Part shown: in pieces, positions 1 to 8,670 of the stretch
Layout: every line of letters begins with the position of its first letter
How positions within the stretch are numbered: position 1 is the stretch's first letter
Assembly (NCBI GenBank): GCA_035526585.1
Contig: DATLCC010000027.1
Coordinates: 2,660-66,659, forward strand
Reading direction: 5' to 3'
Source of the DNA: Thermoplasmatota archaeon
GTDB taxonomy: Archaea; Thermoplasmatota; SW-10-69-26; JACQPN01; JAJPHT01
DNA: 64,000 nt
Notes under the pieces: generated by a model
What the model was told of the DNA's origin: nothing
The model's input: the letters and a program-made list of their open reading frames with translations, nothing else
Database searches by the model: none
Made by a program: the position numbers and the translations under genes

Positions 1-262
1 CGGCGGCGTCCTCCTCGTCCTTCAGCATGCGGTAGAGGACCTCGCCCTCGGGCGCGCGCTCGCCGAAGTCGAGGAGCACGGCGTCGGCGCGGAGGATCCC
101 CTTGTCCTCGCCTTCGACGAAGAGAAAGATCCAGTCGCCCGGCACTCCGAAATGGCGCGCGTCCTGGATGACCAGGGACTGGCGAGAAAGGATGTCGTCC
201 CCGAGCGCCGCCTCGAGCTTGGCGCGGGCGGCGGAGGGGAAACGATAGACCTGGTGCGGCAC
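1..262 (-). CDS. hypothetical protein, N-terminal 87 codons only (gene runs off the window start)
   Basis: This ORF is absent from the track because it has no stop inside the window. Reading the minus strand from GTG (262-260) gives VPHQVYRFPSAARAKLEAALGDDILSRQSLVIQDARHFGVPGDWIFLFVEGEDKGILRADAVLLDFGERAPEGEVLYRMLKDEEDAA. Composition is balanced and codons are almost all G/C-ending, like the confident genes. A TATA-like box lies about 25 nt upstream. Confidence 0.5.
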   Translation of the reverse strand, partial: MPHQVYRFPSAARAKLEAALGDDILSRQSLVIQDARHFGVPGDWIFLFVEGEDKGILRADAVLLDFGERAPEGEVLYRMLKDEEDAA

Positions 263-283
263 GCGCCCTCATGGGCGCGTGCC

Positions 284-290
284 GATAAAG
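284..290 (-). promoter_or_regulatory. TATA-like box (CTTTATC on minus strand) for the gene starting at 262
   Basis: This is an A/T island (gataaag on plus) in otherwise GC-rich DNA. Its centre is about 25 nt upstream of the GTG at 262, which fits an archaeal leaderless transcript. Confidence 0.35.
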
Positions 291-317
291 TCGCTTCGCG
301 ACGTCCCGAAGGCGTGC

Positions 318-560
318 CTACGGCCCGCGGGACGCCATCGCCACGATGAGCGCGACGACGAGCACGGCGAGCACGATGAGCACGATCACGACGGTCGTGC
401 TGAGGCCAGCGAACGTGGATTCGTCCGCCCCCCCGTCCCCATCGTGCACGTTCACGTCGATCGTAGGAGGCGTGTAGATGTTGGTCTCGTTGCCCGCGGC
501 CGCCATCGGCAGCGCGAACAGGGTCAGCAGTCCAAGGATGGCCAGCAGCTTGTGTGCCAT
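318..560 (-). CDS. small secreted/membrane-anchored protein (80 aa)
   Basis: This is the track ORF 318..587, trimmed to the ATG at 560 (MAHKLLAILGLLTLFALPMAAAG, signal-like). It has a short exposed segment with an NET sequon and a hydrophobic C-terminal helix ending in a basic residue (VVIVLIVLAVLVVALIVAMASRGP). Confidence 0.5.
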   Translation of the reverse strand: MAHKLLAILGLLTLFALPMAAAGNETNIYTPPTIDVNVHDGDGGADESTFAGLSTTVVIVLIVLAVLVVALIVAMASRGP

Positions 561-644
561 GGCAAGCCCTTGGCAGCTAGGCATCACGTTGGTTCTGGCC
601 AGTTCTGCGATAGGCGGCCTCCCTTCGTCGTTCGTGGCGAAAGC

Positions 645-651
645 CCTTAAG
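645..651 (+). promoter_or_regulatory. TATA-like box (CCTTAAG) upstream of pgk
   Basis: This is an A/T island about 34 nt upstream of the ATG at 683. The same CTTAAG/CTTATC-type element recurs upstream of several other genes in the window. Confidence 0.3.
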
Positions 652-682
652 ACCGGGCGCCCGGTTGGGCGCTTCGAGGCCC

Positions 683-1963
683 ATGCCCGAGGAAAAGCCC
701 TACTTCACGGTGGACGACCTGAAGGTCAAGGACAAGACCATCCTCCTTCGCGTCGACATCAACGCGCCCATCGTGGACGGGAGGATCGAAGGCAAGGACC
801 GCATCCAGGCGGCCGCCGCCACGGTCGACCAGCTCGCGTCTCAAGGCGCGAAGGTCGTGATCCTCGCCCACCAGGGGCGCAAGGGCGACGCCGACTTCAC
901 CTCGCTGCGGGAGCACGCGGAGGTGCTCGACACCTTCACCGCCTGCAAGGTCAGCTTCGTCGGGACCCCCGACAAGGCGCCCGTCGAGGAATACGGCGAG
1001 TACATCGGCGGCCGCGCGGCCCTCGCCCGCATCAAGGACCTTCCCGCCGGCCACGCGCTCATGCTGGAGAACGTGCGCGCGCTCGACGACGAAACGAAGA
1101 AGGGGAAGCCCCACGACCACGCGCAAGCGCCCTTCGTCAAGGCGCTCGCCGCCGTCTCGCAAGGCTTCGTCAACGACGCCTTCAGCGCCGCGCACCGCGC
1201 GCAGGCGTCGCTCGTCGGCTTCACCGAGCTTCTCCCGAGCGCCGCGGGGCTCACCATGGACCGCGAGCTCACCGCACTCGCGAGATCGGTCGACGCGCCC
1301 GAGCCGCCCGCGGTCTACTTCCTCGGCGGCTCCAAGCCCGAGGACAGCATCGCCGTCATGCGGGCCAACTTCACGAAAGGCACGCTCGACACCGCGCTCC
1401 TGGGCGGCCTCGTCGCGAACCTCTTCCTCGTCGCGCGCGGCCACGAGATCGGGAAGCCCAGCCGCGAGCTCCTCGAGAAGAAGGGCATCCTGCAGCTGCT
1501 GCCCGAAGCCGAGAAGCTCCTCGAGGAATTCGACGCGCAGATCGTGACGCCCGTCGACGTCGTCGTGAAGGACGGCCACGGCGTCCCGCAGACGCTGTGG
1601 GTCGAGGACATGCCCGTGAACCACCCGATCGTCGACATCGGCGCAGAGACCATCGCGATGTACGTCGAGGAGATCAACGCCGCCGGCTCCCTCATGATGA
1701 ACGGCCCCGCCGGCCTCTACGAAGAGCCGCCCTACGACAAGGGCACGCGCGCGGTCCTGAACGCCTTCGCGCACAGCGACGCCTTCAGCCTTCTGGGCGG
1801 CGGCCACACCATCACCGCGATCGGCGAGTTCGGACTGAAGTTCGAGCAGTTCGGCTACGTCTCGCTCGCCGGCGGCGCCCTCATGGCGTACCTCACCGGC
1901 GAAGCGCTCCCCGCCGTCGAGGCCCTCAAGAGCAACAAGGCGAAGTTCAGCCACAAGCCGTGA
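683..1963 (+). CDS. pgk: phosphoglycerate kinase (archaeal type)
   Basis: This is the track ORF 665..1963 (TTG start), trimmed to the ATG at 683. PGK-family motifs are present: FTVDDLKVKDKTILLRVDINAP, KVVILAHQGRKG, FVNDAFSAAHRAQAS, PIVDIGAETI, MNGPAGLYE and GGGHT. The length of about 426 aa is typical. Confidence 0.9.
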   Translation: MPEEKPYFTVDDLKVKDKTILLRVDINAPIVDGRIEGKDRIQAAAATVDQLASQGAKVVILAHQGRKGDADFTSLREHAEVLDTFTACKVSFVGTPDKAPVEEYGEYIGGRAALARIKDLPAGHALMLENVRALDDETKKGKPHDHAQAPFVKALAAVSQGFVNDAFSAAHRAQASLVGFTELLPSAAGLTMDRELTALARSVDAPEPPAVYFLGGSKPEDSIAVMRANFTKGTLDTALLGGLVANLFLVARGHEIGKPSRELLEKKGILQLLPEAEKLLEEFDAQIVTPVDVVVKDGHGVPQTLWVEDMPVNHPIVDIGAETIAMYVEEINAAGSLMMNGPAGLYEEPPYDKGTRAVLNAFAHSDAFSLLGGGHTITAIGEFGLKFEQFGYVSLAGGALMAYLTGEALPAVEALKSNKAKFSHKP

Positions 1964-2010
1964 GACCGCGCCTGCGCGAGACGGGGAAGCCCTTATCCCC
2001 GGTTTCCCCC

Positions 2011-2409
2011 ATGGCCGCGCCCATGACGACAGGCGAGGCCGCCGCAAGCTCCACCAGGACCGACGCGGATCGGCTGGCGAAGCTCTGGGAAGCCTACAAA
2101 GCGCAGGAGGAGGAGCTCAAGGACGCGCTCGCCCGCGCCCAACGCCTCGCCGACGACCTCACCCACGCGGGCCGCACGAGCGGCGAACGCGAGCACGCCA
2201 TCGCCGAGAGGGACAGCGAGATCCGCCGCCTCCACGAGACGATCGCCCACAAGGACGCACGCATCCGCCAACTCGAGCAGGTCGAAGAGGACGCGAAGGC
2301 GATCCAGATGTACAAGGACCGCATCCGCGAGCTCGAAACCGCCTACGCGCAAGAGAAGGAGCGGCTCGCCAAGCTCTTCCTCCTCTACGAGCAGGCGACG
2401 AAGTCTTGA
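2011..2409 (+). CDS. coiled-coil protein (about 130 aa), function unknown
   Basis: Only the last 133 codons of track ORF 478..2409 look like real protein: MAAPMTTGEAAASSTRTDADRLAKLWEAYKAQEEELKDALARAQRLADDL...RIRELETAYAQEKERLAKLFLLYEQATKS, with a heptad-like E/K/R/L/A pattern. The upstream part overlaps pgk in another frame. The start is either ATG 2011 or ATG 2023. A CCTTATC element at 1991-1997 favours a leaderless start at 2023. Confidence 0.55.
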   Translation: MAAPMTTGEAAASSTRTDADRLAKLWEAYKAQEEELKDALARAQRLADDLTHAGRTSGEREHAIAERDSEIRRLHETIAHKDARIRQLEQVEEDAKAIQMYKDRIRELETAYAQEKERLAKLFLLYEQATKS

Positions 2410-2461
2410 CCCTCCACTCGCGCGCACGAGCCGCGCCCGCGGCGGACCGACACAAAGCGTG

Positions 2462-2782
2462 CTACAGCACGCGAGTCCTGAGCTTTCCCAGCCGCTCGTC
2501 CAGGATCGCCAGCAGCTCGTTCTGATAGCTCGGGTTGTCGAGCGAGCGGCGCTGTCCGACGCGCTCCACCTTGCGCGCGAGCGCCGGGTCGCCGAGGATC
2601 CCGTGGAGCCACGGACCATACTGGTCCTTGTGGAAGTGGACGAGGGACGCGCTCTTGGACGCGATGGCGTGCCGGAAGTCGTTGAGGTCGCGCACGCTCG
2701 CGCCGTCCGCAAAGCGGAACGCGTCGCTCGCCGCGCAGGGGGTGAGGGCCCGCCGCGCGACCGTCTGAAGGTTCTTGGCCAT
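2462..2782 (-). CDS. small conserved-looking hypothetical protein (106 aa)
   Basis: This is the C-terminal 106 codons of track ORF 2462..4441, from the ATG at 2782: MAKNLQTVARRALTPCAASDAFRFADGASVRDLNDFRHAIASKSASLVHFHKDQYGPWLHGILGDPALARKVERV.... Composition is balanced, whereas the rest of that ORF is R-rich antisense of the PLP-enzyme gene. It loosely reminds me of the DUF5752-type small proteins. That is recollection only and has not been verified. Confidence 0.5.
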   Translation of the reverse strand: MAKNLQTVARRALTPCAASDAFRFADGASVRDLNDFRHAIASKSASLVHFHKDQYGPWLHGILGDPALARKVERVGQRRSLDNPSYQNELLAILDERLGKLRTRVL

Positions 2783-2817
2783 CGGATCCCAGCTTCCTCC
2801 AAGCTCGGCGGGGAGCG

Positions 2818-2824
2818 CCTTAAG
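2818..2824 (-). promoter_or_regulatory. TATA-like box (CTTAAGG on minus strand) upstream of the 2782 start
   Basis: This A/T island lies about 36-40 nt upstream of the ATG at 2782 on the minus strand. Because it is near-palindromic it could also serve the plus-strand PLP-enzyme gene, but that ATG is 85 nt away. Confidence 0.3.
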
Positions 2825-2908
2825 CTCGTCGCCTGCCAGGTCCTTCCCTCCGACGAACGTTCGACGCCGCGTGCGTGGCTTCAAGCGGGCGCGGGCGCTC
2901 GCTTGCGC

Positions 2909-4111
2909 ATGGAGAAGCCTCCGCAGGGAGAGAGGACGACGAAGGGAGAAGGGACGCTGGGCGTGCACGGCCGCGCGCCGCACGCCCGAGGCCCGCTCAC
3001 GACGCCCATCTACCAGACGAGCACGTTCGCGCTCGACGATGCAGCGGACGTGGACGCCGTGTACGAAGGGCGCCGCGAGGGCGACGTCTACTCGCGCTAC
3101 ACGAACCCATCGACGACAAGCGCCGCCGACCGGATCGCCGCGCTCGAGGGCGCGCCCGCGGGGCTCGTGAGCGCAAGCGGCATGGCCGCGATCGCGAACG
3201 TCGTCATGACCTTCGTCCCGGCAGGAGGCCGCGTCGTCGCCAACGAAGACCTCTACGGCGGCTCGCTGAAGCTGCTCTCGGAGATGGGCGCGCGCTTCGG
3301 CGTGCGCACGGACTTCGTCCCGAGCGGCGATGCCGAGGCGCTGCGCCGCGCGCTCGCGACGGAGGCGCATCTCGTCTACCTCGAGACGCCCACGAACCCG
3401 ACGCTGCGCCTCGTGGACCTCGCGGCCTCCGCCGAGATCGCGCGCGCGGCGGGCGTCGTGTCCGCGGTCGACAGCACCTTCGCGAGCCCCGTGAACTGCA
3501 AGCCCCATGCGCTCGGGATCGACCTCGTCCTCCACAGCGCCACCAAGTACCTCGGCGGCCACGCCGACCTCACGGCAGGCGCACTCGTGGGATCGAAGGA
3601 GCTCGTGAAGCGGGTCGACGCGACGCAGCGCACCTTCGGGGGGATCCTGGACCCGCACGCCGCGTTCCTCCTCGAACGGGGCCTGAAGACGATCGCGCTC
3701 CGCGTGAAGGCCGCGAACGCGAACGCCCAGCGCGTCGCGGAGCACCTCGCGACGCACCCCGCCGTGAAGAAGGTCCACTATCCGGGGCTTCCCTCGCACC
3801 CGCAGCATGCGCTCGCGAAGCGCCAGATGCCCGGCGGCTTCGGCGGCGTCGTGAGCCTGGATCTCGCAAGCTTCGACGAGGCGAAGCGCTTCGTGGACGG
3901 CCTGAGGATCGTGCGGAACGCGGCGAGCCTCGGAGGCGTCGAAAGCCTCTCGATGATCTCCGTGCAACAATCGCACCGACATCAGCCGCCGGACGTGCTC
4001 GCGCGGTGCGGGATCACACAGGGCACGGTGCGGCTCGCGCTGGGGGTCGAGGACACGCACGACCTGGTGGCGGACGTGGATCAGGCGCTCGCGAACCTCG
4101 GAAAACGATAG
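2909..4111 (+). CDS. Cys/Met-metabolism PLP-dependent enzyme (cystathionine gamma-synthase / gamma-lyase / methionine gamma-lyase family)
   Basis: This is track ORF 2459..4111 trimmed to the ATG at 2909 (400 aa). Family motifs are present: PIYQTSTF, YSRYTNPS, LYGGS, VYLETPTNPTLRLVDL, DSTFASP, the PLP-lysine motif HSATKYLGGHADL, and SLGGVESL. Substrate specificity cannot be assigned by eye. Confidence 0.9.
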   Translation: MEKPPQGERTTKGEGTLGVHGRAPHARGPLTTPIYQTSTFALDDAADVDAVYEGRREGDVYSRYTNPSTTSAADRIAALEGAPAGLVSASGMAAIANVVMTFVPAGGRVVANEDLYGGSLKLLSEMGARFGVRTDFVPSGDAEALRRALATEAHLVYLETPTNPTLRLVDLAASAEIARAAGVVSAVDSTFASPVNCKPHALGIDLVLHSATKYLGGHADLTAGALVGSKELVKRVDATQRTFGGILDPHAAFLLERGLKTIALRVKAANANAQRVAEHLATHPAVKKVHYPGLPSHPQHALAKRQMPGGFGGVVSLDLASFDEAKRFVDGLRIVRNAASLGGVESLSMISVQQSHRHQPPDVLARCGITQGTVRLALGVEDTHDLVADVDQALANLGKR

Positions 4112-4247
4112 CTTTCTCCACGCATCCCGGCAGGAACACGATGGACGCGATACACGCGATGGACCTATCGCGACCACGCGTTCCCTGCGGAGTCCGAAGC
4201 GTTGGATGTGGGCAGATTGAAACGTGGGGGCGCAACTCGCCGGCACG

Positions 4248-4919
4248 ATGTCCTTCTGCCCTCGCTGCGGCGCGCCCACCACGGCGTCCGAGACGTTCTG
4301 CACGGCCTGCGGCGAGAGCCTCGCGCCCGCGATCCTGCGGCCCAGCGCCCCTCCTTCCGGCTTCCCTTCCCCCGCCATGCCGCAGCCCGCCTCCCGGCCC
4401 GCAGGCCGGGTGCAGGACCCCATGCTCGTGCTCCTTCTCACGCTCGTGACGTTGGGGATCTACGGATTCTTCTATTGGCTTCGCGTCTCGCGCGAGGTCG
4501 ACGCCTACATCGGCAAGCCAGGGCACTCCCACAAGCTCATGCGGAACGGCTACCTCATCGCGCTCGTCGGCGGCCTCGTGCTCGTCGTCGGCCTCGTCTA
4601 CTTCAGCGTGGCGGCGCCCGATGCGCTGGATGGCGCCACGGGCGCGAACGCGGCGGCGCAGCTTGGAGGCCTGTTCCTCTTCATCGTGGCCGCCGCGATC
4701 GCGGCGGGGGTCGGCGGCATCATGACGCTCGTGGGACGCTGGCGCGTGTGGCAGGCGATCGAGGACGCGGAGCGCGCGCAAAACCACCCGAAGCCGTTGA
4801 GCCCGATCGTGCAGCTCCTGTTCACGATCATTCCCTACCTGAACATCGTCACGAGCTGGATCGCGCTCTATCGCAACCAGAAGCACCTGAACGGGCTGTG
4901 GACCGGGCGCACGGACTGA
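4248..4919 (+). CDS. zinc-ribbon plus DUF4234-like multi-pass membrane protein
   Basis: This is track ORF 4224..4919 (GTG), trimmed to the ATG at 4248. The N-terminal zinc ribbon is MSFCPRCGAPTTASETFCTACG, followed by a Pro-rich linker and then TM helices with the TLGIYGFFYW motif typical of DUF4234. Confidence 0.7.
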   Translation: MSFCPRCGAPTTASETFCTACGESLAPAILRPSAPPSGFPSPAMPQPASRPAGRVQDPMLVLLLTLVTLGIYGFFYWLRVSREVDAYIGKPGHSHKLMRNGYLIALVGGLVLVVGLVYFSVAAPDALDGATGANAAAQLGGLFLFIVAAAIAAGVGGIMTLVGRWRVWQAIEDAERAQNHPKPLSPIVQLLFTIIPYLNIVTSWIALYRNQKHLNGLWTGRTD

Positions 4920-4947
4920 CAGCAGGAAGCGGAAGAGCTTCTCTCCC

Positions 4948-6189
4948 TCAGGAGGCCAGCAGCACAACGAGGCGCTCCTCGAGGAGCTTCGCGCTGATGT
5001 CCGGGAGCGAGATGATGGTCGTCGTCCCGATGATGCCCTTGCCGCTCCTCTCCGTCCGGATGAGACCCAGCGAGTCGAGATCCTTGAGGAACGTCCAGAA
5101 CTGGGTGTGCGCGCGCGGCTTCTCGCCGTACTCCTCGCACGCGATCGCGTAGATCGCCTCCGCCTCGCCCGTCGTCGCGAACGCGCCGCCCTTCTTGAGC
5201 ACGCGCGCGATCGCGAGGAGTGTGAGCGACTTGTGCTTGTCGAGGTCCGCGAGCTTGTCCTCCGACAAACGCTCGGCGCCCGCCGCCGCGCGCACGTCCT
5301 CGGGCGCGACGCGCCCGCGCCCCTCGCCCTGCGCGAGCTTCCCCGCGTCGTGGATGACCGTGATCGCGAAGCGCGCGTTCCCCTGCTCGTGGGCGCGCGT
5401 GGACACGGCATCGATCGCGGCATCCAGGGTCTCGCCCGGGAACGCGCCCTTGTTGAACGCAAGCTCGGAGCGGTACGGGATGATCTTCGTGTAGTCGCCC
5501 GCGGAGTAGGGCTTGAGCTCGATGACGGTCGAGCCGAACGTCGAGCGCGCCGCGGGATCGAGGAGCTCGCGCGGATCCACCTGCGAGACCATGAGGAGCG
5601 ACACGCTGTACTTCGACCGGCTCGCCTCCTCGTTGAAGCGCGTCAGGTTGTACACGAGGTCGCCGCCGCTCTTCTTCAGGAGCACGTCCGCCTCGTCGAG
5701 GATCACGATGAGATGCGCTTCCTGGCGCTCGAGCCGCTTGCGCAGGTTCTCCAGCATCTCGGTGTTCGAGAAGCCGCGATCCGGGAAACGCGGGTCGAAG
5801 TGCGTCAGCACCTGCAACAGCGCCGCGCCCTCGGTGGATCGGCGCCGGCAGTTCACGTGCGCATACTCGACGTTGATCCCGCGCTCCTTCGCCACGCCGC
5901 GCAGGTCCTCGCAGAACCGTCGCGCGAGCGCCGTCTTCCCCGTGCCGACCGGGCCCGTGATGAGCGCATGCTGCGCACTCCCGCCCTGCAAAAGGCCCCG
6001 GAAGGCACGGGAGAGCTGCTGCACGGCCTCGTCCCGCTGCGGCAGCTTCTCAGGAAGATACTCGAAGGCGAGCGTGGCCTCCCCCGAGGGCTTGAAGACG
6101 CTCGGGCCGCCCATCTCGCCGGCGATGAGGTCGCGCATGGGCCGCGGGACGAGGGCGGGCGGGAAAAGGATTTCGTAGTTTCGGTCCAC
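4948..6189 (-). CDS. cdc6: Orc1/Cdc6 replication initiator
   Basis: The protein carries LPQRDEAVQQL, Walker A (ITGPVGTGKTA), Walker B (IVILDEADVL), a sensor region, and a C-terminal winged helix (FWTFLKDLDSLGLI). The track start at 6189 is GTG. An in-frame ATG at 6138 (MRDLIAGE...) is an alternative start. Confidence 0.95.
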   Translation of the reverse strand: MDRNYEILFPPALVPRPMRDLIAGEMGGPSVFKPSGEATLAFEYLPEKLPQRDEAVQQLSRAFRGLLQGGSAQHALITGPVGTGKTALARRFCEDLRGVAKERGINVEYAHVNCRRRSTEGAALLQVLTHFDPRFPDRGFSNTEMLENLRKRLERQEAHLIVILDEADVLLKKSGGDLVYNLTRFNEEASRSKYSVSLLMVSQVDPRELLDPAARSTFGSTVIELKPYSAGDYTKIIPYRSELAFNKGAFPGETLDAAIDAVSTRAHEQGNARFAITVIHDAGKLAQGEGRGRVAPEDVRAAAGAERLSEDKLADLDKHKSLTLLAIARVLKKGGAFATTGEAEAIYAIACEEYGEKPRAHTQFWTFLKDLDSLGLIRTERSGKGIIGTTTIISLPDISAKLLEERLVVLLAS

Positions 6190-6311
6190 GTGGGGCGAAA
6201 GTGGGCATCCCGGTCATTCCCCGCGGGTGACGCGTCACCTGCGGGCGCGAGTAGGCCTCATGAGCCTTGTCCCCGCCTCCCTGCGAGCTACCCACTCCTG
6301 CACCTGACGCG

Positions 6312-7505
6312 TCACCCGCGGCGACGGCCCGCGAGCAGCGCGCCCACGACCCCGGCCAACGCCGCGATCGCGGCGCCGGCGCCCGGCACGACGAGGAGGC
6401 CGGTCTTCGTGTCCTTGAGGACGACCTGGAGCCCTTCGTCGTCGTCGCCGCGCTCGACGGTGAGCGTGTCGCGGAGGCCGACCTTGCCGTCGTGGTCCTT
6501 GTCGGCGAAGGTGATCGTCAGGCCGTCCTGCGTCTTCGTGCCGACGGTGAGCGGCATGGTCCAGGCCGGGTGCGTCATGTCCTCCATCGAGCCGACCTGC
6601 GCCTCGACCTCGCCGAGAGGGATCGTGGCGGGCGAGGCCTGGAACGTCCACATCTCGGGCTCGCTCGCGTCGCCGCCACCGAAGGTGAAGCTCATGCGGT
6701 TCGACTCGTAGCGAAGCCCGAGCGCGCGCGCGAGGTCCGCGGGGATCCGGGTCGTGACCTCGTCGTCGTAGAGGAGGTCGATCTGCATGGTCGCGCCGCG
6801 GAAGGGATCCGGGGTGTCGCCCTCGTCCCCGTCCCCGCCCGAGCCCTCCGCTGGCATCGCTGCTTCGAGGCGCGCGATGCGGGTCGGGTCCTGGAAGAGC
6901 CACACCGTTACGTTCTGGCGCGCGCCGTCCTCGACGACGGTCGCGTCGAGCTTGAGCGCGCCCTTGCCGCGCAGCGTCGTCGGCGTCACGCTGTTCACGG
7001 TGAAGTTGTCGCTCTTCATGCCTTCGAGGAAGGCCTCGGGGTCGGAGAGCGTGCTGAAGCCTTCGGAGTCTTCGCCAAAGCCGTTCTGCTCCGGCTTGGT
7101 CAGCATGACGGTGCCGTTCACGAGGATCGCGTTGCCCTGCGGCGACGCGTAGACCGAGACGTCCTTGAACGCGCTCGCGTCGCCCATCATGCCGCCCATG
7201 CCGCCGGCGCCGCTGCCCATCTGCTCGAGGAGGGTCTCGTCCATCGTCATGTGGAAGAAGGAGACGTTGGCCGTCTGGTCGTAGGCGGCCTGCGCGCCCA
7301 TGAGCTGCGTGGAGCCGCGCACGGCCTTCATGTCCATGCCGTATTTCTCGGGCACGTTGCCGGACGCTTGCGCGAAGAGCGACTGCGCCTCCGCGTTCGT
7401 GACCTGGGCCGGCGGCTGGGCGTCGCCGCCGTTCTTGTTCTCCGCGCAACCGGCGAGCGCGACGCTGAAGGCGAGGATGGCCACGAGAAGGAGCCGCATC
7501 TGCAT
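6312..7505 (-). CDS. secreted lipoprotein with PGF-CTERM-like C-terminal anchor (397 aa)
   Basis: This is track ORF 6312..7739 trimmed to the ATG at 7505. The N-terminus MQMRLLLVAILAFSVALAGCAENK is a signal peptide with a lipobox Cys. The C-terminus LLVVPGAGAAIAALAGVVGALLAGRRRG has a P-G-x motif, a hydrophobic helix and a basic tail. The upstream 78 codons of the track ORF are S/R/W-rich junk. Confidence 0.75.
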   Translation of the reverse strand: MQMRLLLVAILAFSVALAGCAENKNGGDAQPPAQVTNAEAQSLFAQASGNVPEKYGMDMKAVRGSTQLMGAQAAYDQTANVSFFHMTMDETLLEQMGSGAGGMGGMMGDASAFKDVSVYASPQGNAILVNGTVMLTKPEQNGFGEDSEGFSTLSDPEAFLEGMKSDNFTVNSVTPTTLRGKGALKLDATVVEDGARQNVTVWLFQDPTRIARLEAAMPAEGSGGDGDEGDTPDPFRGATMQIDLLYDDEVTTRIPADLARALGLRYESNRMSFTFGGGDASEPEMWTFQASPATIPLGEVEAQVGSMEDMTHPAWTMPLTVGTKTQDGLTITFADKDHDGKVGLRDTLTVERGDDDEGLQVVLKDTKTGLLVVPGAGAAIAALAGVVGALLAGRRRG

Positions 7506-7557
7506 CGTCGACCCGTGAGGCGGCGCGGAGTTTGAACGTTCCGCTGAGATCGCTTGA

Positions 7558-7728
7558 CTATGCGAGGTCGACGAAGGCGATGCCGAGCAGGAACCCGAGC
7601 CCCAGGAGCGCCACGAGCGCGAGGGTGAGCCCGAAGGCCGCCGTGGCGGGCGCGACGAAGATGGCGCCCACGAGGAGCAGGGGCAGGAGGACAAAGAGCA
7701 CCCCGAAGACGAGGAGGCCGCGTTCCAT
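7558..7728 (-). CDS. small two-TM membrane protein (56 aa)
   Basis: This is the C-terminal part of track ORF 7558..8127, from the ATG at 7728: MERGLLVFGVLFVLLPLLLVGAIFVAPATAAFGLTLALVALLGLGFLLGIAFVDLA. The remainder of that ORF is antisense to alaX. Because the ORF is short, support is moderate only. Confidence 0.4.
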   Translation of the reverse strand: MERGLLVFGVLFVLLPLLLVGAIFVAPATAAFGLTLALVALLGLGFLLGIAFVDLA

Positions 7729-7762
7729 CGGCGCGCCAATCCGAGCGCGGCGCAAGAACCTT

Positions 7763-7768
7763 CTTATC
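7763..7768 (+). promoter_or_regulatory. TATA-like box (CTTATC) upstream of alaX
   Basis: This A/T island (ttcttatcga) has its centre about 27 nt upstream of the ATG at 7792. That is the classic archaeal TATA-to-TSS spacing and implies a leaderless mRNA. Confidence 0.4.
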
Positions 7769-7791
7769 GAGACCGGCCCGATGGCGCGGGC

Positions 7792-8592
7792 ATGACGGAC
7801 CTGCTCTGGATGCCCGCGTCGGAGGGCGCGAAGGGACCGCAAGGCAACCCCAACTACGTGCGCAGTTTCGACGCGAAGGTCCAGAAGACGCTGGAGGACT
7901 GGATCCTCCTGGACCGGACGGCCTTCTATGCCGAAGGGGGCGGACAACCCTCCGACGTCGGCCGCCTCACGTGGGATGGCGGCGAAGCGAGCGTCAAGCA
8001 CGTTTCGAAGAAGGGCGCCGTGAAGCACGTGCTCGAAGGCCCGGCGCCGCCCGCCGGGACCACGGTCCGCGGCGAGATCGACTGGGACCTGCGCCACCGA
8101 CACATGCGGATGCACACGAGCCAGCACATCCTTTCAGGCGTCGTGTGGAAGCTGCGCGCGGGGCGCACCGTCGGCAACCAGCTCCACGCGGAGCGCTCAC
8201 GCATCGACTTCGAGCCCGTCAAGTTCGGCGCCGAGGACCTGCGCGAGATCGAGACCGAGATCAACGCCATCCTCGCCGAAGACCTGCCGGTGCGCACCTA
8301 CGAGGAGGACCGTGCCGCGCTCGAAGCGAGGCTTGGCGCGGATCGAAATCTGCTCAACCTCGTCCCTCAGAGCGTGAAGCGGCTGCGCGTCGTCGAGGTC
8401 TACGACCCCGAAGAGAGGGACGCGCGCTTCGGCCGCACCATCGACGTCTGCCCCTGCGCCGGCACGCACGTCGCGCGCACCGGCGAGATCGGCACGTTCG
8501 AGTTCGTGGGGCGCGAGACGAAGGGGACGAACAAGGACCGCGTGGAATACGTCCTCAACGATGGCCGCCACGAAGTGGCGGGTCATCTTTGA
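7792..8592 (+). CDS. alaX: AlaX-type alanyl-tRNA editing protein (AlaRS second-additional-domain family)
   Basis: The protein carries FYAEGGGQPSD and the zinc-binding editing motifs HMRMHTSQH (HxxxH) and CPCAGTH (CxxxH). At 266 aa its size fits AlaX-M. Confidence 0.85.
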   Translation: MTDLLWMPASEGAKGPQGNPNYVRSFDAKVQKTLEDWILLDRTAFYAEGGGQPSDVGRLTWDGGEASVKHVSKKGAVKHVLEGPAPPAGTTVRGEIDWDLRHRHMRMHTSQHILSGVVWKLRAGRTVGNQLHAERSRIDFEPVKFGAEDLREIETEINAILAEDLPVRTYEEDRAALEARLGADRNLLNLVPQSVKRLRVVEVYDPEERDARFGRTIDVCPCAGTHVARTGEIGTFEFVGRETKGTNKDRVEYVLNDGRHEVAGHL

Positions 8593-8607
8593 GGATCGCC
8601 ACCGCGA

Positions 8608-8637
8608 GGCGCGAAGCGCCGGTCCGCCGCAGCGGAC
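8608..8637. terminator. two adjacent GC hairpins between convergent genes (possible bidirectional terminator)
   Basis: GGCGC-gaa-GCGCC (8608-8620) and GTCCGC-cgca-GCGGAC (8622-8637) lie in the 78-nt gap between the alaX stop (8592) and the GNAT stop (8671). Archaeal termination normally uses oligo-T, which is absent here, so the function is uncertain. Confidence 0.25.
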
Positions 8638-8670
8638 GCGGTGGGATGCTGGAAGAGGGCCGCCGCGAGA

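Noticed and set aside
478-2010. The N-terminal 511 codons of the 643-aa track ORF 478..2409, which overlap pgk.
   Set aside because: This is an R/G/P/A-rich alternative frame of the pgk gene. Only the last approximately 133 codons, downstream of the pgk stop, look like a genuine (coiled-coil) protein.
2783-4441. The upstream 553 codons of the 659-aa minus-strand track ORF 2462..4441.
   Set aside because: This is antisense to the well-supported Cys/Met PLP-enzyme gene and has R/A/E/V-rich junk composition. Only the last 106 codons (2462-2782) are outside that gene and protein-like.
4920-6311. A replication origin (ORB repeats plus an A/T-rich DUE) flanking orc1/cdc6.
   Set aside because: Both flanks are short (28 nt and 122 nt) and GC-rich, with no A/T-rich unwinding element and no long ORB-like inverted repeats. 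I report only the short palindromes as a low-interest finding. The origin cannot be assigned from this window.
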